NCBI GenBank assembly: GCA_963693365.1
Contig: CAVNZM010000011.1
Coordinates: 7,521,921 to 7,585,920, forward strand
Direction: 5' to 3'
DNA from: Amoebidium appalachense
Taxonomy: Eukaryota > Protista > Ichthyosporea
DNA: 64,000 nt
Each line of letters opens with the position of its first letter. Position 1 is the first letter of the stretch. The position numbers and the translations under genes are program-made. The notes beneath the pieces are model-generated. The model was not told the origin of the DNA and ran no database searches. It worked only from the letters and a program-made list of their open reading frames with translations. Positions 33,077-44,994 of the stretch are shown here, piece after piece.

Positions 33077-35502
33077 ACAGTGGCCCCCCTGCAGTACCGC
33101 AAATCCCCGGGAGCACCACCCCTACCCATTCAGATCGAGCCCCCAGATGCGCACATCAGAGTGCTAGGGGTCAACATCACCCTCCAACGACACACCCGGC
33201 CCAACGATGGGAAGGCCATGCAGCTGACATTACAGGCCACCACCATACTAGCCCGTAAAATGCTGGCACACAGCCAAGTGATCTACGTAGCCAACACTGA
33301 GTGTGGTGGCCCCGGCCATCCTCTTCCTCCTCAAAGGGTCAGTTATTAGCAACACGTGACCATGCAGGCAATCGACAGCAAGTGGAGAGACCTACTCCGT
33401 CGGAAGTGTGGTTTCCACCGGAGCACCCCGTCCGGGCTGCTACACCATCCCACTCTAGGGGGACTGGCCAGCATCGTCGAATCAGCAGCAAGCACCATGG
33501 TCACGGAGCTGTGTGCCCTGCTGGAAACACCAGGACCAGCAGGGGACGTGGTCCGGTACCGAGCCTGGCAGCAGCAACACGTGACAGGCCTACCCTACCC
33601 ACCCCTGCAAGCACCCCCAGCCAAACTTTACAGGCTAGGGGGAAAGCAGCTCCACAACTATTGGGCCCATATCACGGGGATCCTTCACGAGCGGCACCTG
33701 AGTATTGGGGAAACCCCCCCCCCAAAAAACACAAGCACCCCCACCCCACCCCGGGCCCCCCCCCTCCCCCCAAGGAGAAGGAGGGGGAAGCAGCAACAAC
33801 AACCAGCACCCCTATCAACACCGTTTTCCCGGACCACACCTTTGCGGCCCACATCGGCCCCCACACACACCCCCGTCAACTCTCCACGGTGGAGGACACC
33901 ATGGTACGGCCGGGGGTGTTCCGGGCGTTCCCCGAACTGCCCCACCCCCCAGACCTACTACACCCGGGAGCTACACAGTGGTACATGTCCATCATCAAGG
34001 GGGCCATCCCCATCGCAGACAAACTACGGCCAGCACCCAGACCACACACCCACCACACCATTGACCTCGTGGCAAACCACCCCGTTGGTGCATTCGTGGT
34101 GGAAATAGTTAAGAACGGGCAATACGAACTCAGCCAGGTGGTGGCCCACACCACCCACAACGGGGAGGCTTGGGTCAAAATAGCCCATCTACGGGACAAC
34201 ACAGATGAGGAGGGGCTGAGATGGCACCGACCCACGTGGAACGACCCACATGGAACAGCCCATTTCCGCTTTTGCCCTGGTGACTGCAAATACGGCCACT
34301 CCCCATGGAACCTAGCCTACACCCCGGCCACCCTCTCCCCCAACCCCGGGTACGCAGACGGAGAGGGGGAAGGGTTAGACACGGAGCCAGAATCGGAGTC
34401 GACGGGGCCCAGCGACGACTCCGACGACTCAGAGGACTCTAACACCGACAGCACCAGCAGCAAATACGAGCCCCCTGAGCCCCCAGCCGATAACCACACC
34501 CACAACAAGCAGTGTGTCGGGTGGACCCGTGCTGTGGAGGTGATACGGGCAGACCCCTACGTGGCCTTCAAGACCCGAATCACCACCCACATGGTAGTCC
34601 CGAAGTACCATAAGGACTTCATCAACACCGACAGTATCGACATCTACCAAGTCATCGCACTGAAGGATGGCTCCGATCCGGCCGAGCAGTGGAGGAAGAT
34701 ACACCATTTTCGGCGGCATCTTCCTCCCCACCAACAGGCATCACCCCAGATGCTCCACCTGCAAGCCAACGAGGAAGCCACACCCTTACCGGGGGACCTC
34801 CCCGGCCCACCCCCCCCCAGCAGCCACCACCGGTAGGGTCACCACCAGGACACAAGTGCACGGCCCACCCGGCTGACCTGCCGAGCCCACCCACTCCCCG
34901 TAGGCTCACCTACACCGACTTGGTGCCCCAGGCCACCTATGACGAGTGGCAGCAGCAAATCACCCTGATCCCCCCAGACCAACCGATCACCGTTTATACG
35001 GACGGCAGCCTCATCCACCCGGGCAGGAGGATAGCCCAGGCCGGAGCCGGGGCTGTGCTGGACACCCCGGACCGGAAAGCACCACCAGTGACGGCCAAGA
35101 CCAGGCTCCATACGGCCCTATCATCCACCCAAGCCGAACTCACAGGGGTACTACTAGCCCTCCTGCTCACCCCCACCACCACCCCCATCCACATCTTGAA
35201 GCTCGATAACCTCGGAGTAGTCGACCGATGGACGGCAAATATAGACCCCACCACACCCCGTCGACGTAAGCTAAAGTTCTCCCACATAGTGGAATGGGCT
35301 CACGTACGAGACCAACTCTCTCTCCGGCAACCACTGGCAGGCTCTGTACAGGTATCGTGGGTGAAGGGGCACCAATCCAACACCAAACGGTACGGTCAAC
35401 GGAATAACGAGGCAGACAAGGCAGCCAATGCAGGAAGAGTCCTCCCCCCCCTCCCCCCCCCCCTACCTCCGGCCCCGGGGGGGGGGGGGGGGGGGGGGGG
35501 GG
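33077..35502 (+). pseudogene. Inverted internal LINE segment: post-RT region, unknown domain and RNase H
   Basis: RNase HI motifs on the + strand (~34985-35435): VYTDGS, SSTQAEL, LDN, WVKGH, NNEADKAA. 33077-33920 is an inverted copy of ~35503-36346. Confidence 0.9.
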
Positions 35503-37700
35503 GAACACCCCCGGCCGTACCATGGTGTCCTCCACCGTGGAGAGTTGACGGGGGTGTGTGTGGGGGCCGATGTGGGCCGCAAAGGTGTGGTCCGGGAAAA
35601 CGGTGTTGATAGGGGTGCTGGTTGTTGTTGCTGCTTCCCCTCCTTCTCCTTGGGGGGGGGGGGGGGGGCCCGGGGTGGGGTGGGGGTGCTTGTGTTTTTT
35701 GGGGGGGGGGTTTCCCCAATACTCAGGTGCCGCTCGTGAAGGATCCCCGTGATATGGGCCCAATAGTTGTGGAGCTGCTTTCCCCCTAGCCTGTAAAGTT
35801 TGGCTGGGGGTGCTTGCAGGGGTGGGTAGGGTAGGCCTGTCACGTGTTGCTGCTGCCAGGCTCGGTACCGGACCACGTCCCCTGCTGGTCCTGGTGTTTC
35901 CAGCAGGGCACACAGCTCCGTGACCATGGTGCTTGCTGCTGATTCGACGATGCTGGCCAGTCCCCCTAGAGTGGGATGGTGTAGCAGCCCGGACGGGGTG
36001 CTCCGGTGGAAACCACACTTCCGACGGAGTAGGTCTCTCCACTTGCTGTCGATTGCCTGCATGGTCACGTGTTGCTAATAACTGACCCTTTGAGGAGGAA
36101 GAGGATGGCCGGGGCCACCACACTCAGTGTTGGCTACGTAGATCACTTGGCTGTGTGCCAGCATTTTACGGGCTAGTATGGTGGTGGCCTGTAATGTCAG
36201 CTGCATGGCCTTCCCATCGTTGGGCCGGGTGTGTCGTTGGAGGGTGATGTTGACCCCTAGCACTCTGATGTGCGCATCTGGGGGCTCGATCTGAATGGGT
36301 AGGGGTGGTGCTCCCGGGGATTTGCGGTACTGCAGGGGGGCCACTGTTGCCCGTGTTGGAGTACCACGGGCGAGGACTGAAAACTTGTCTGGGTGTGGTT
36401 CCAAGTCATGGTAGTAAAAAAAGGGGGCAGATAAGTCGAGAGTTTGCTGGATGCTCTCCTTGTTGGGGCCAAACCATGTTGTGTCGTCGGCGAAGGCTAC
36501 ACTGGCAGACGTCACACACGTGTTTGTGCCGGTGTGTGGTGCTGTGTCTGTGGGGGTAGGTGGAAAGTGTCCCCCTTGCCGTGCCTTTTGATGGCTGTCA
36601 AAACTGGATCGTAGAAAATAATCCACAGAATGGGGGAGAGGACAGCCCCTTGGGCCAGGCCGTTTTCAACAGGGAAAGACTCAGTGTGCCCCTGGTCTGT
36701 GCACACCGTGGCCGTACGATTGTGCCACATGTGCCGGAGGAGGGTGATTAGCTGGGGGTCGGTGCCCAGGCGGGTGAGCCCCAGTTCCACCGAGGGCCAA
36801 GACACCGTGTCATATGCCCTCTTAATGTCCTGTTGGACGATCCATAGTTCCTGGTCGTGGTCTATGGCATCATCTATCGTCTCTCGGATGATAGCCAGCG
36901 CCCCGTCGATACCCGGGCCCGGCACGAACCCGAAATTCCCCCCCGGGAGGAGGGTGGGGTGCTGCCGGAAGATCGAGAGTAGGCGCTGGTTGATGACCGA
37001 TTCTAGCAGCTTCCGTGCCGTTTCCAAGAGTGCTATCGGTCGGGTTTTGTCGAAGTCACTTTCCCATTCCCCTTTCGGTAGGGGATGGATGGTGTGGTGC
37101 AGCCATGACCTCGGTGTGGTCCCCGTGGCCAGACATCCGTTGATGATATGTAGGAGCCGTGCTAGCCCTTTTGGCCCCAGGTGTTGGAAGTATTCGTACA
37201 GTAACTGGATTTCCGTTGGGCCGGGGGCCTTCCCTCCCTGTCGGCTTTGGACGATCTGTTGGAGCTCGTCGTGGGTGGCCGGGTGCATTATAGACCCTAA
37301 TGGGGAGTCTTCGGGGGGGATCGGTCGATAGATGTCAGCCCACCTTGGGTCGGCGAGCATCTCCTCGATGTGTGGGTTCCTGCGGGCCGTCCTCCGGTGA
37401 TAAGTTCCACGAATGACGGTCTCCGTGTCAGCCCACTCCGTGAGGTACTCAGTGCCCGTTGTGGTGACGTGCTTGACTAACGTAGCCGAGACGTTCACAC
37501 TCCCCCGGTCTAAAATGCTGCTTAGTGCTCGCCGGAGTTCGTCCACCATACGCTTGCACCGTGCTTCTGCTGCTGCTGTTGCCCGTAGCCAAAGGAGTTT
37601 TTGCCGTTTCCTTCGGAGTTGGGACCTGTATAGTTGTAGTTGCTCCCGCATGGTTTCCTCCCACTCCTCCCACTGCCTCCCTGTCTGAGACAGGTGGGCT
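35503..37700 (-). pseudogene. LINE ORF2 reverse transcriptase domain (frameshifted)
   Basis: KAPGP, TRPIALLETARKLLE, NFGFVPG, DIKRAYDTVSW, GLAQGAVLSPILWIIFYDP, then AFADD after a frameshift, and IRVLGV. Confidence 0.95.
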
Positions 37701-40700
37701 GCTGGGGGGGTGGGCGGGGTGCTGCTGCCGCGTGGGTAACCCGTGCCGTGCCTGCTGGCCAGGGCTGCACTCTGCTGCTGTGGGCCGTTGCGGCTGCGTG
37801 GGTGTGGTCTGTAGCTGTTGGTTGCCCGTGGGTGGCCCTGGCGGGGTCTGCAGGCGGGGTGGCCCCTGCATTGGCTGCCGGTGTGGGCTGCCTGCTTGGG
37901 CTTCAGCCTGCGGCTGCTGCTGCTGGCTTGGTTGCTCCTGTTGGTGCTGTCTGCTGGGTGGCCCGTGCTGGGCCTGCCGGCCGGGGCTGCAATCTGCTGC
38001 TGCATGCAGCTGCTGCAGTGTGGGTGTGATTTGTTGCTGCTGGCCGGGTGGCCTTGGCGGGGCCTACAGGCTGGGTGGCCCCTGCTGTGACTGCCGGTGT
38101 GGGCTGCCTGCTAGGGCTGCAGCCTGAGGCTGCTGCTGCTGGCTTGGTGGCTCCTGTTGGTACTGTCGGCTGGGGGGGCCGTGCTGGGCCGGCCGGCCGG
38201 GGCTGCACACTGCTGCTGCAGGCAGCTGCGGCAGTGTGGGTGGGGTCGGTTGCTGCTGGCTGGGTGGCCCCTGCTGTGGCTGCCGGTGTGGGCTGCCTGC
38301 TGGGGGTGCAACCTGAGGATGCTGCTGCCAGTGCTGGCTTGAAGGCTCCTGTTCGTGCTGTCGGCTGGGTGGCCCGTGCTGGGCCGGCCGGCCGGGGCTG
38401 CGATCTGCTGCCGCAGGCAGCTGGTGCAGTGGGGGTGTGGTCGGTTGCTGCTGGCTGGGTGGCCTTGGCGGGGCCTGCAGGCTGGGTGGCCCCTGCTGTG
38501 ACTGCCGGTGTGGGCTGCCTGCTGGGGCTGCAGCCTGTGGCTGCTGCTGCTCGCTTGGTGGCACCTGTTTGTGCTGTCGGTTGGGTGGCCCGTGCTGGGC
38601 CGGCCGGCCGGGGCTGCAATCTGCTGCTGCAGGCAGCCACTGCAGTGTGGGTGTGGTCGTTTGCTGCTGGCTGGGTGACCCTGGCAGGGCCTGCAGGCTG
38701 GGTGGCCCCTGCTGTGGCTGCCGGTGTGGGCTGCCTGCTGAGGCTGCAGCCTGAGGCTGCTGCTGCTGACTGGGTGGCTCCTGTTGGTGCTGTCGGCTGG
38801 GTGGCCCGTGCTGGGCCTGCCGGCCGGAGCTGCCCGTCGCTGCTGCAGGCGGCTGCTGCAGTGTGGGTGTGGTCGGTTGTTGCTGGTTGGGTGGCCCTGG
38901 CAGGGCCTGCAGGCTGGGTGGCCCCTGCTGTGGCTGCCGTGGTGGGCTGCGTGCTGGGACTACAGCCTGAAGCTGCTGCTGCCAGCTGGGTGGCTCCTGC
39001 TGGTGCTGTCGGCTGGGTGACCCGTGCTGGGCCTGCCGGCCGGGGTTACCCTCCGCTTCTGCAGGCAGCTGCTGCAGTGTGGGTGTGGTCGGTTGCTGCC
39101 GGCCAGGTGGCCCTGGCAGGGCCTGCAGGCTGGGTGGCTCCTGCTGTGGCTGCCGGTGTGGGCTGCCTGCTGGGGCTGCAGCCCGAGGCTGCTGCTGCTG
39201 GTTTGGCGGCTCCTGTCGGTGCTGTCGGCTGGATGGCCCGTCCTGGGCCTACCGGCTGGGGTTGCAGTCTGCTAGCTGCTGCTGCTGCCGTGTGGGTGTG
39301 GTCGGTTGCTGCTGGCTGGGTTGTTCTGGCAGGGCCTGCAGGCTGGGTGGCCCCTGCTGTGGCTGCAGGTGTGGGCTGTCTGCTGGGGCTACAGCCTGAG
39401 GCTGCTGTTGCTGGCGGGGTGGCTCCTGTTGGTGCTGTCGGCTGGGTGGCCCGTGCTGGGCCTGCCGGCCGGGGCTGCACGCCGCCGCTGCAGGCAGCTG
39501 CTGCAGTGTGGGTGTGGTCGGTTGTTGCTGGCTGGGTGGCCCTGGCAGGGCCTGCAGGCTGGGTGGCCCCTGCTGTGGCTGCCGGTGAGGGCTGCCTGCT
39601 GGGGCTACAGCCTGCGGCGGCTGCTGCTGGCTTGGTGGCTCCTGTTGGTACTGTCGGCTGGGTGGCCCGTGCTGGGCCGGCCGGCCGGGGCTGCAATCTG
39701 CTGCTGCAGGCAGCTGCTGCAGTGTAGATGTGATCTGTTGCTGCTGGCTGGGTGGCCCATGCAGGGCCTTCAGGCTGGGTGGCCCCTGTTGTGGGCTGCT
39801 GGCGGGGGCTTCAGCCTGAGGCTGCTGTTGCTGGCTTGGTGGCTCCTGTTGGTGCTGTCGACTGGGTGGCCCATGCTGGTCCTGCCGGCCGGGGCTGCCT
39901 GCTGGGGCAGCGGCAGGCTGATGCAGCAAAGTGGGTGTGGGTTGGTGCTGCTGGGTGGGGCTGCAATCTGCTGCTGCAGGCAGCTGCTGCCGGGTGGGTG
40001 TGGTTTGTTGCTGCTGGTCGGGTGGCCCATGCAGGCCCTGCAGGCTGGGTGGCCCCTGCTGTGGCTGCCGGTGTGGGCTGCCTGCTAGGGCTGCAACCTG
40101 AGGCTGCTGCTGCTGGCTTGGTGGCTCCTGTTGGTACTGTCGGCTGGGTGGCCCGTGCTGGGCCGGCCGGCCGGGGCTGCAAACTGCTGCTGCAGGCAGC
40201 TGCTGCAGTGTGGGTGGGGTCGGTTGCTGCTGGTTGGGTGGCTCTGGCAGGGCCTGCAGGCTGGGTGGCCCCTGCTGTGGCTGCCGGTGTGGGCTGCCGG
40301 CAGGGTCTGCAGCCTGCGGCTGCTGCTGCTGGCTTGGTGGCTCCTGTTCGTGCTGTCGGCTGGGTGGCCCGTGCTGGGCCGTCCGGCCGGGGCTGCAATC
40401 TGCTGCCGCAGGCAGCTGGTGCAGTGTGGGTGTGGTCGGTTGCTGCTGGCTGGGTGGCCCTGGCGGGGCCTGCAGGCTGGGTGGCCCCTGCTGTGACTGC
40501 CGGTGTGGGCTGCCTGCTGGGGCTGCAGCCTGAGGCTGCTGCTGCTGGTTGGGTGGCTCCTGTTGGTTGGGTGGCCCGTGCTGGGCCTGCCGGCCGGGGC
40601 TGCACGCTGCTGCTGCAGGCGGCTGCTGCAGTGTGGGTGTGGTCGGTTGTTGCTGGCTGGGTGGCCCTGGCAGGGCCTGCAGGCTGGGTGGCCCCTGCTG

Positions 40701-41100
40701 TGGCTGCCGATGTGGGCTGCCTGCTGGGGCTGCAGCCTGCGGCTGCTGCTGCTGGCTTGGTGGCTCCTGTTGGTGCTGTCGGCTGGGTGGCCCATGCTGG
40801 GCCGGCCGGCCGGGGCTGCAATCTGCTGCTGCAGGCAGCTGCTGCAGTGGAGGTGTGATCGGTTGCTGCTGGCTAGGTGGCCCATGCAGGGCCTGCAGGC
40901 TGGGTGACCCCTGCTGTGGCTGCCGTTGTGGGCTGCCGGCAGGGGCTTCAGCCTGAGGCTGCTGCTGCTGGCTTGGTGGCTCCTGTTGGTGCTGTCGACT
41001 GGGTGGCCCATGCTGGGCCTGCCTGTTGGGGCTGCCTGCTGGGCCAGCGGCAGGCTGATGCAGCAAAGTGGGTGTGGGTTGGTGCTGCTGGGTGGATCCG
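37700..41100 (-). repeat. GC-rich 216-bp (72-codon) tandem array, ~15 units, within LINE ORF2
   Basis: A GGGCTGCAATCTGCTG-like marker recurs at ~38395, 38611, 38827, 39043, 39259, 39473 and 39688. Long open Q/P-rich frame 41369-39249. Confidence 0.92.
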
Positions 41101-41689
41101 GGGTCCCCCTTCTCCTGATACCACCCCGTCTGGGACGGGTGTGCCTGGGGGGGGGGGGGGGGGGGGGGGGGTGTCCTGGGGGGTGGGGGGGATGCCCGGG
41201 AGGTTGTTGGGGTCGGCTGTGTACAGTGGGAGGATGATGGGACTGCTTGTTGGGGGTACCGGTGGGGGGGGCTCCGGAGGGGGAGGGGGTGCTGGCCAGC
41301 CATATTGGACGGCCAGCTCCTTGGCCCTCTCCCAGAAACCCTGTGGATTTGCCGCCCGGTCCGTTGCATTGAGGAGCCGGTGTAGCTCCGCGTGCTCGTT
41401 GTCCTCCAGGAAGACCTTCGTCGGTTTTGACGTGGACTTCTCTGGTTTGCTCTTGGTCCGGCCCACTGTGGTTTTTGCCACCGAGAGAATGGTGGCGGCC
41501 ATGTACTCCCATCTCCCTTCCACCTCCGCCTGGGTAGGGGTGGTGGTTGGGGGGGACGTGAAGGCTGCCTCCGTGCCGGTGGTAAAACGTGCCCAGTCCT
41601 CCTGTGTGGTGTTCGGTTTCAGCTGGAGTCTCGGTGTGGGTTGGTTTCGGGTTGGCCCTGGTCCCTGGCCCGGCAGGTTAGGATGGGGC

Positions 41690-42590
41690 CCGGTTTCGCA
41701 CCAGGCCAGGTGGTGGTCGGTGTGAAGATCCGGTAATTCCGTGACGGAGGCTGAGACCAGTGCCGGGCGTAACGCCGCCGGGATGTATACGTAGTCGATG
41801 CGTGAGCGGTGGGGACCGCTGTGGTACGTATATTCCCTGGTGGTGGGGTGTTCGGCTCGGTAGCTGTCTATGAGTAGATGGGCGTCCATCAGCTCGTGGA
41901 GCAGCCCAGGCACGAGTCCTGTGGGCATTGCCTGTGCTGAAGTGGGGCCGGTTTCGGGCCGTGCCCTGTCCAGAGTTGGGTGGCAAACCTCGTTGAAATC
42001 TCCGGCCACGATGACGGTGGTGTCGTTGGGGGCCGGGAGGGAGGTGAGAAAACTGGCTACCTGTGAGGTGAGTCGGCGGGCCTGTCTGACGTTTCCCTGT
42101 GTTGCATTCGTGTGTTGATAAAGTCCTATCACCCACATTGTGTGCCGTTTTGTGTGATATGGAATAGCTAACATTCGTGCATCTTTGCTATGTGGTTTTC
42201 CTTGGTGTCTAAACCACGTTTTGTTTGTAAGTATCACCACCCCCGTGTAGCGGAATCGTGTTTCCTAGTCCCGGGCTAGTGACGGTGTGGTTTGGTCATT
42301 GGTCGAGCTCTCTGCCACCGGGATACCGGCCTCTGAGGCAGAGAGTGTTGTGTGTGTGTGTCCAGTGGTGGTGGCTGGTGGGCATACATACGTGGCACGC
42401 ATGGGGATACTTTCGTTTCGAATGGAAAACTTTGTGCGTGTGAAGGAGCCCGGGGTGGTCCCGGTCTCCGTCAGAATGACTACGTCCATGTCTGCAAAGG
42501 TGAGCCCACCTGGCTGCCTCAACGATCTTGTCCTGGCCGGTACGAGTGGTAGGTCCGGCCAGGTTTATAGTTCCAATCCGAATGTGGCTG
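41690..42590 (-). pseudogene. LINE ORF2 apurinic-like endonuclease (APE) domain
   Basis: IRIGTIN, DVVILTET, GVVIL, VIVAGDFN, LIDSYRAEHP..EYTY, SRIDYVYI, TDH. One frameshift and an in-frame TAG at 42265-42267. Confidence 0.93.
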
Positions 42591-43096
42591 TGTGGTTTGG
42601 CCGGTGGTAAATTTGCGTGGATGATGGGTGAGACTAGCTCCCCTTCAAGTGCTTCCAGGGCTGTGTTCTGGTGGATCATGTCTGTGGCCTCTGGACCCGG
42701 ACTTTGCGCCGTGCCGAGTGTTTGTGTGGTGTCAGGCGCTACCCCCTTTGCCGGCGCCGGGTGTCCGGGCGGGGGGGATGGGGTGGGCATTATGCCTGCC
42801 CGTCCCCACGTGGTGGGGGACGGGCACCTTGGTCAGTTCCCCGTGTCGAGTTAACCGAGGACCTGTGTGGTGTGGATGGGCGTGTGGGCTGTGTGGGTTG
42901 GCGTTGTGAGGGGGCCCCTGGGTAACCCCGCCTTGGCTGGGGGGGGCGCCGCTGTTGGGGTGTTGTGCCTCTGTGGGCCTCAATGGCTCGGTGGCTTGGG
43001 GGTCTCGGGTCTCTGGGGTGGAGTGCTCTCCCTCCCTCCCCCCTCCCCCCCCCCCCTAGCCCCATTCAAGCGGGCTTTCAGTGTGCGGGCAAGGCG

Positions 43097-43817
43097 TGTC
43101 GTATCCTATTGTGTATGTACTAGAGACACGGCACTCTACTAAGAGTGTACACACACGAAAAGGAACGAACGTGTACGGAAAAACGGTAAAGTTTATTCAG
43201 ACCAGGCTCCGACGGGCAAACTTAGATCCGTACGGAATGAGACTAAGTTACAACTGAGGCCATCAAGGCCGTGCCCTCAAAGATCATCATCACCTGGCCC
43301 CCCTAAGATGCCACATTCCAAACGTTCCGATCTACTTTATCGTGCGCCTGCACGAGCTAAGTCGATCTACTCAAACCAATATATTTATCCATGTCTCACC
43401 CCTCACCCTCCCCCTAGTGGCACCGCAGAGTCTAAATCTACATTTCATACTATCCTCCCCCCCCCTCCCTCCCCCCTTTCCTCTACATCGAAATATATAA
43501 ATACGTTTGGCAACATACACTATCAAACCTTGCCAATACTTACAAAAGGGCTTCTGCCCGAACAATCACATTCCTAAGTCCTCCGACGATCTATCCTACA
43601 CACTAATTAGAATTCTATTGGTCGGCCGCCCCGGCTGACGTGGTCCTGCCCTGCGCCGGCAGAGGCAAGATGCACGCAGCTGTACAGCTATCTTGAGGCC
43701 CCGGACTTGATCTTGATGATCTGTGGACCCGGGCCACCCCCCCCCCCCCCCCCCCCCCCCCCCCCGATCTCGATCGTAGACTTAGGCTGATCTGCTGAGA
43801 CGGATTAGTATATGTCA
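43097..43817 (-). mobile_element. Solo LTR with 5-bp TSD, inserted in LINE ORF1
   Basis: TG..CA termini; AGGCG at both 43092-43096 and 43818-43822. Same family as 28731-29475. Removing it restores ..ERLGDRL-ARTLKARLNG. Confidence 0.95.
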
Positions 43818-44182
43818 AGGCGGTCCCCTAGCCGTTCGAGCATGCTTGCTAGCAGGGGGCACAGTGTGGAACGGGTGGGGGCGTTAGTTTTACCTGGTAT
43901 GGCGCCGGCGTAGTCCGTCCTGCGTGAGGTAGACCTCTCCATCTCCTCTGTTTCCTCCTTTCCTCTTTTTCCCGACAACCGCTCGTTTCCATCAGAGCCC
44001 GGGGGATGATGGGGGTTCGCTCCCACCCCCATGCTTTCCCCCATCGGTTGTGTGGTTTCTACCGACTCGGTTGCCCTATTCGTGTGATTGGGTGTGGGTG
44101 AGTTTGAGGTGGATAGTGCAGAGAGGGGCATGTCCCCGTCTAGCTCCATGTGGTTTTCCCGGTTGGGGGTGGGTGCAGCCAT
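43818..44182 (-). pseudogene. LINE ORF1 N-terminus
   Basis: ORF starting ~610 nt after the element's 5' end (MAAPTPNRENHMELDGD..), low complexity, cut by the solo LTR. Assigned by position. Confidence 0.7.
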
Positions 44183-44804
44183 GTTTTGTGTAGCGTTTAT
44201 TTGCTACTAGTAGATGGTTGTTAACTTTGTGTGTGCGAAATGGGTGAGTGCGGGATGCTGGGATCTGTGGATAAGGCTATTCTGTGCGCGTTCTACTCTG
44301 CTACTGTGTGTGTGAATTCTGTGCCGTTAATGTTTTTCCCCCCAGACACAGATCACTACCACTGAAAGAGGAAACGTTGGTTTTGTGTCAAGTGCAGAGA
44401 TAAAGGGGGGGCTCCTTTCCGGCGCGTAACTCCCGTGCCCACCGGCCTACGGGGATGGCTTTTAGTGTCCCCTGTAGCTGACGTGTACCTCTATCCGCTG
44501 GAGTTTTTCTGGGTCCGGCTGTTAGGCGTGCTAAGAGTTCTCCGTTGGACTAGAGGAGCTAGAAAACACGTTTTCACGTGTTTCCGACCAGTTTTCGTGG
44601 CGACCTGTGCTAATTAAATTTTAACCAGACAAAAATGCGCGGAATGTCCACTCTGAATGGCCATCGCTATGGGTTCTGGTGCGGTCTATTGTGCCTATTG
44701 GTTGACTTAGTGCGGAATTTGCAGAATCATGCAGCCTAATCACCGATTACATGTGGTTTTGATGTGATCGGGAGCCGGACATGGTGCGACTGAACGAGGT
44801 GAAG

Positions 44805-44994
44805 TTCAATAAGAGGGATAGGAAGGAGGTGATGGAGGTAGATAACAAAAAGAAGGAGAGTGGAAAGAAAGGGGAAAAAGCAGAGAAAGAGGGTGAACAG
44901 CCAGATACACTCACAGTGTTGGTCAAGCAGGTTGCCGAGCTCTCCCAGCCGGTGGACACGGCGGTCGTGGGCGCGGTGGATGTGGAGGACAGCA
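44805..44994 (+). pseudogene. Continuation of the gag-like ORF after the LINE; truncated by the duplication junction
   Basis: Joining across the TSD gives MHEVK-FNKRDRKEVMEVDNKKKE..LTVLVKQVAEL in one frame. Confidence 0.7.

Larger units (their letters stand above)
30453..44793 (-). mobile_element. Full-length non-LTR retrotransposon (ORF1; ORF2 APE-[216-bp array]-RT-RNase H-CCHC), decayed and internally rearranged
   Basis: Poly(A) tail appears as T26 at 30453-30478. TSD ACGAGGTGAAG(TT) at 30442-30452 and 44794-44804. The 5' end starts TCAGT. Domains are listed as separate features. Confidence 0.93.

Noticed and set aside
38048-40858. Long + strand Ala/Gly/Val/Trp-rich ORFs (559 and 368 aa)
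   Set aside because: Antisense shadows of the GC-rich 216-bp array.
28731-43817. Giant TIR element (Polinton/Maverick-like) bounded by ~730-bp inverted repeats
   Set aside because: The right copy has its own 5-bp TSD and TG..CA ends (solo LTR); no polB, integrase or capsid genes lie between.
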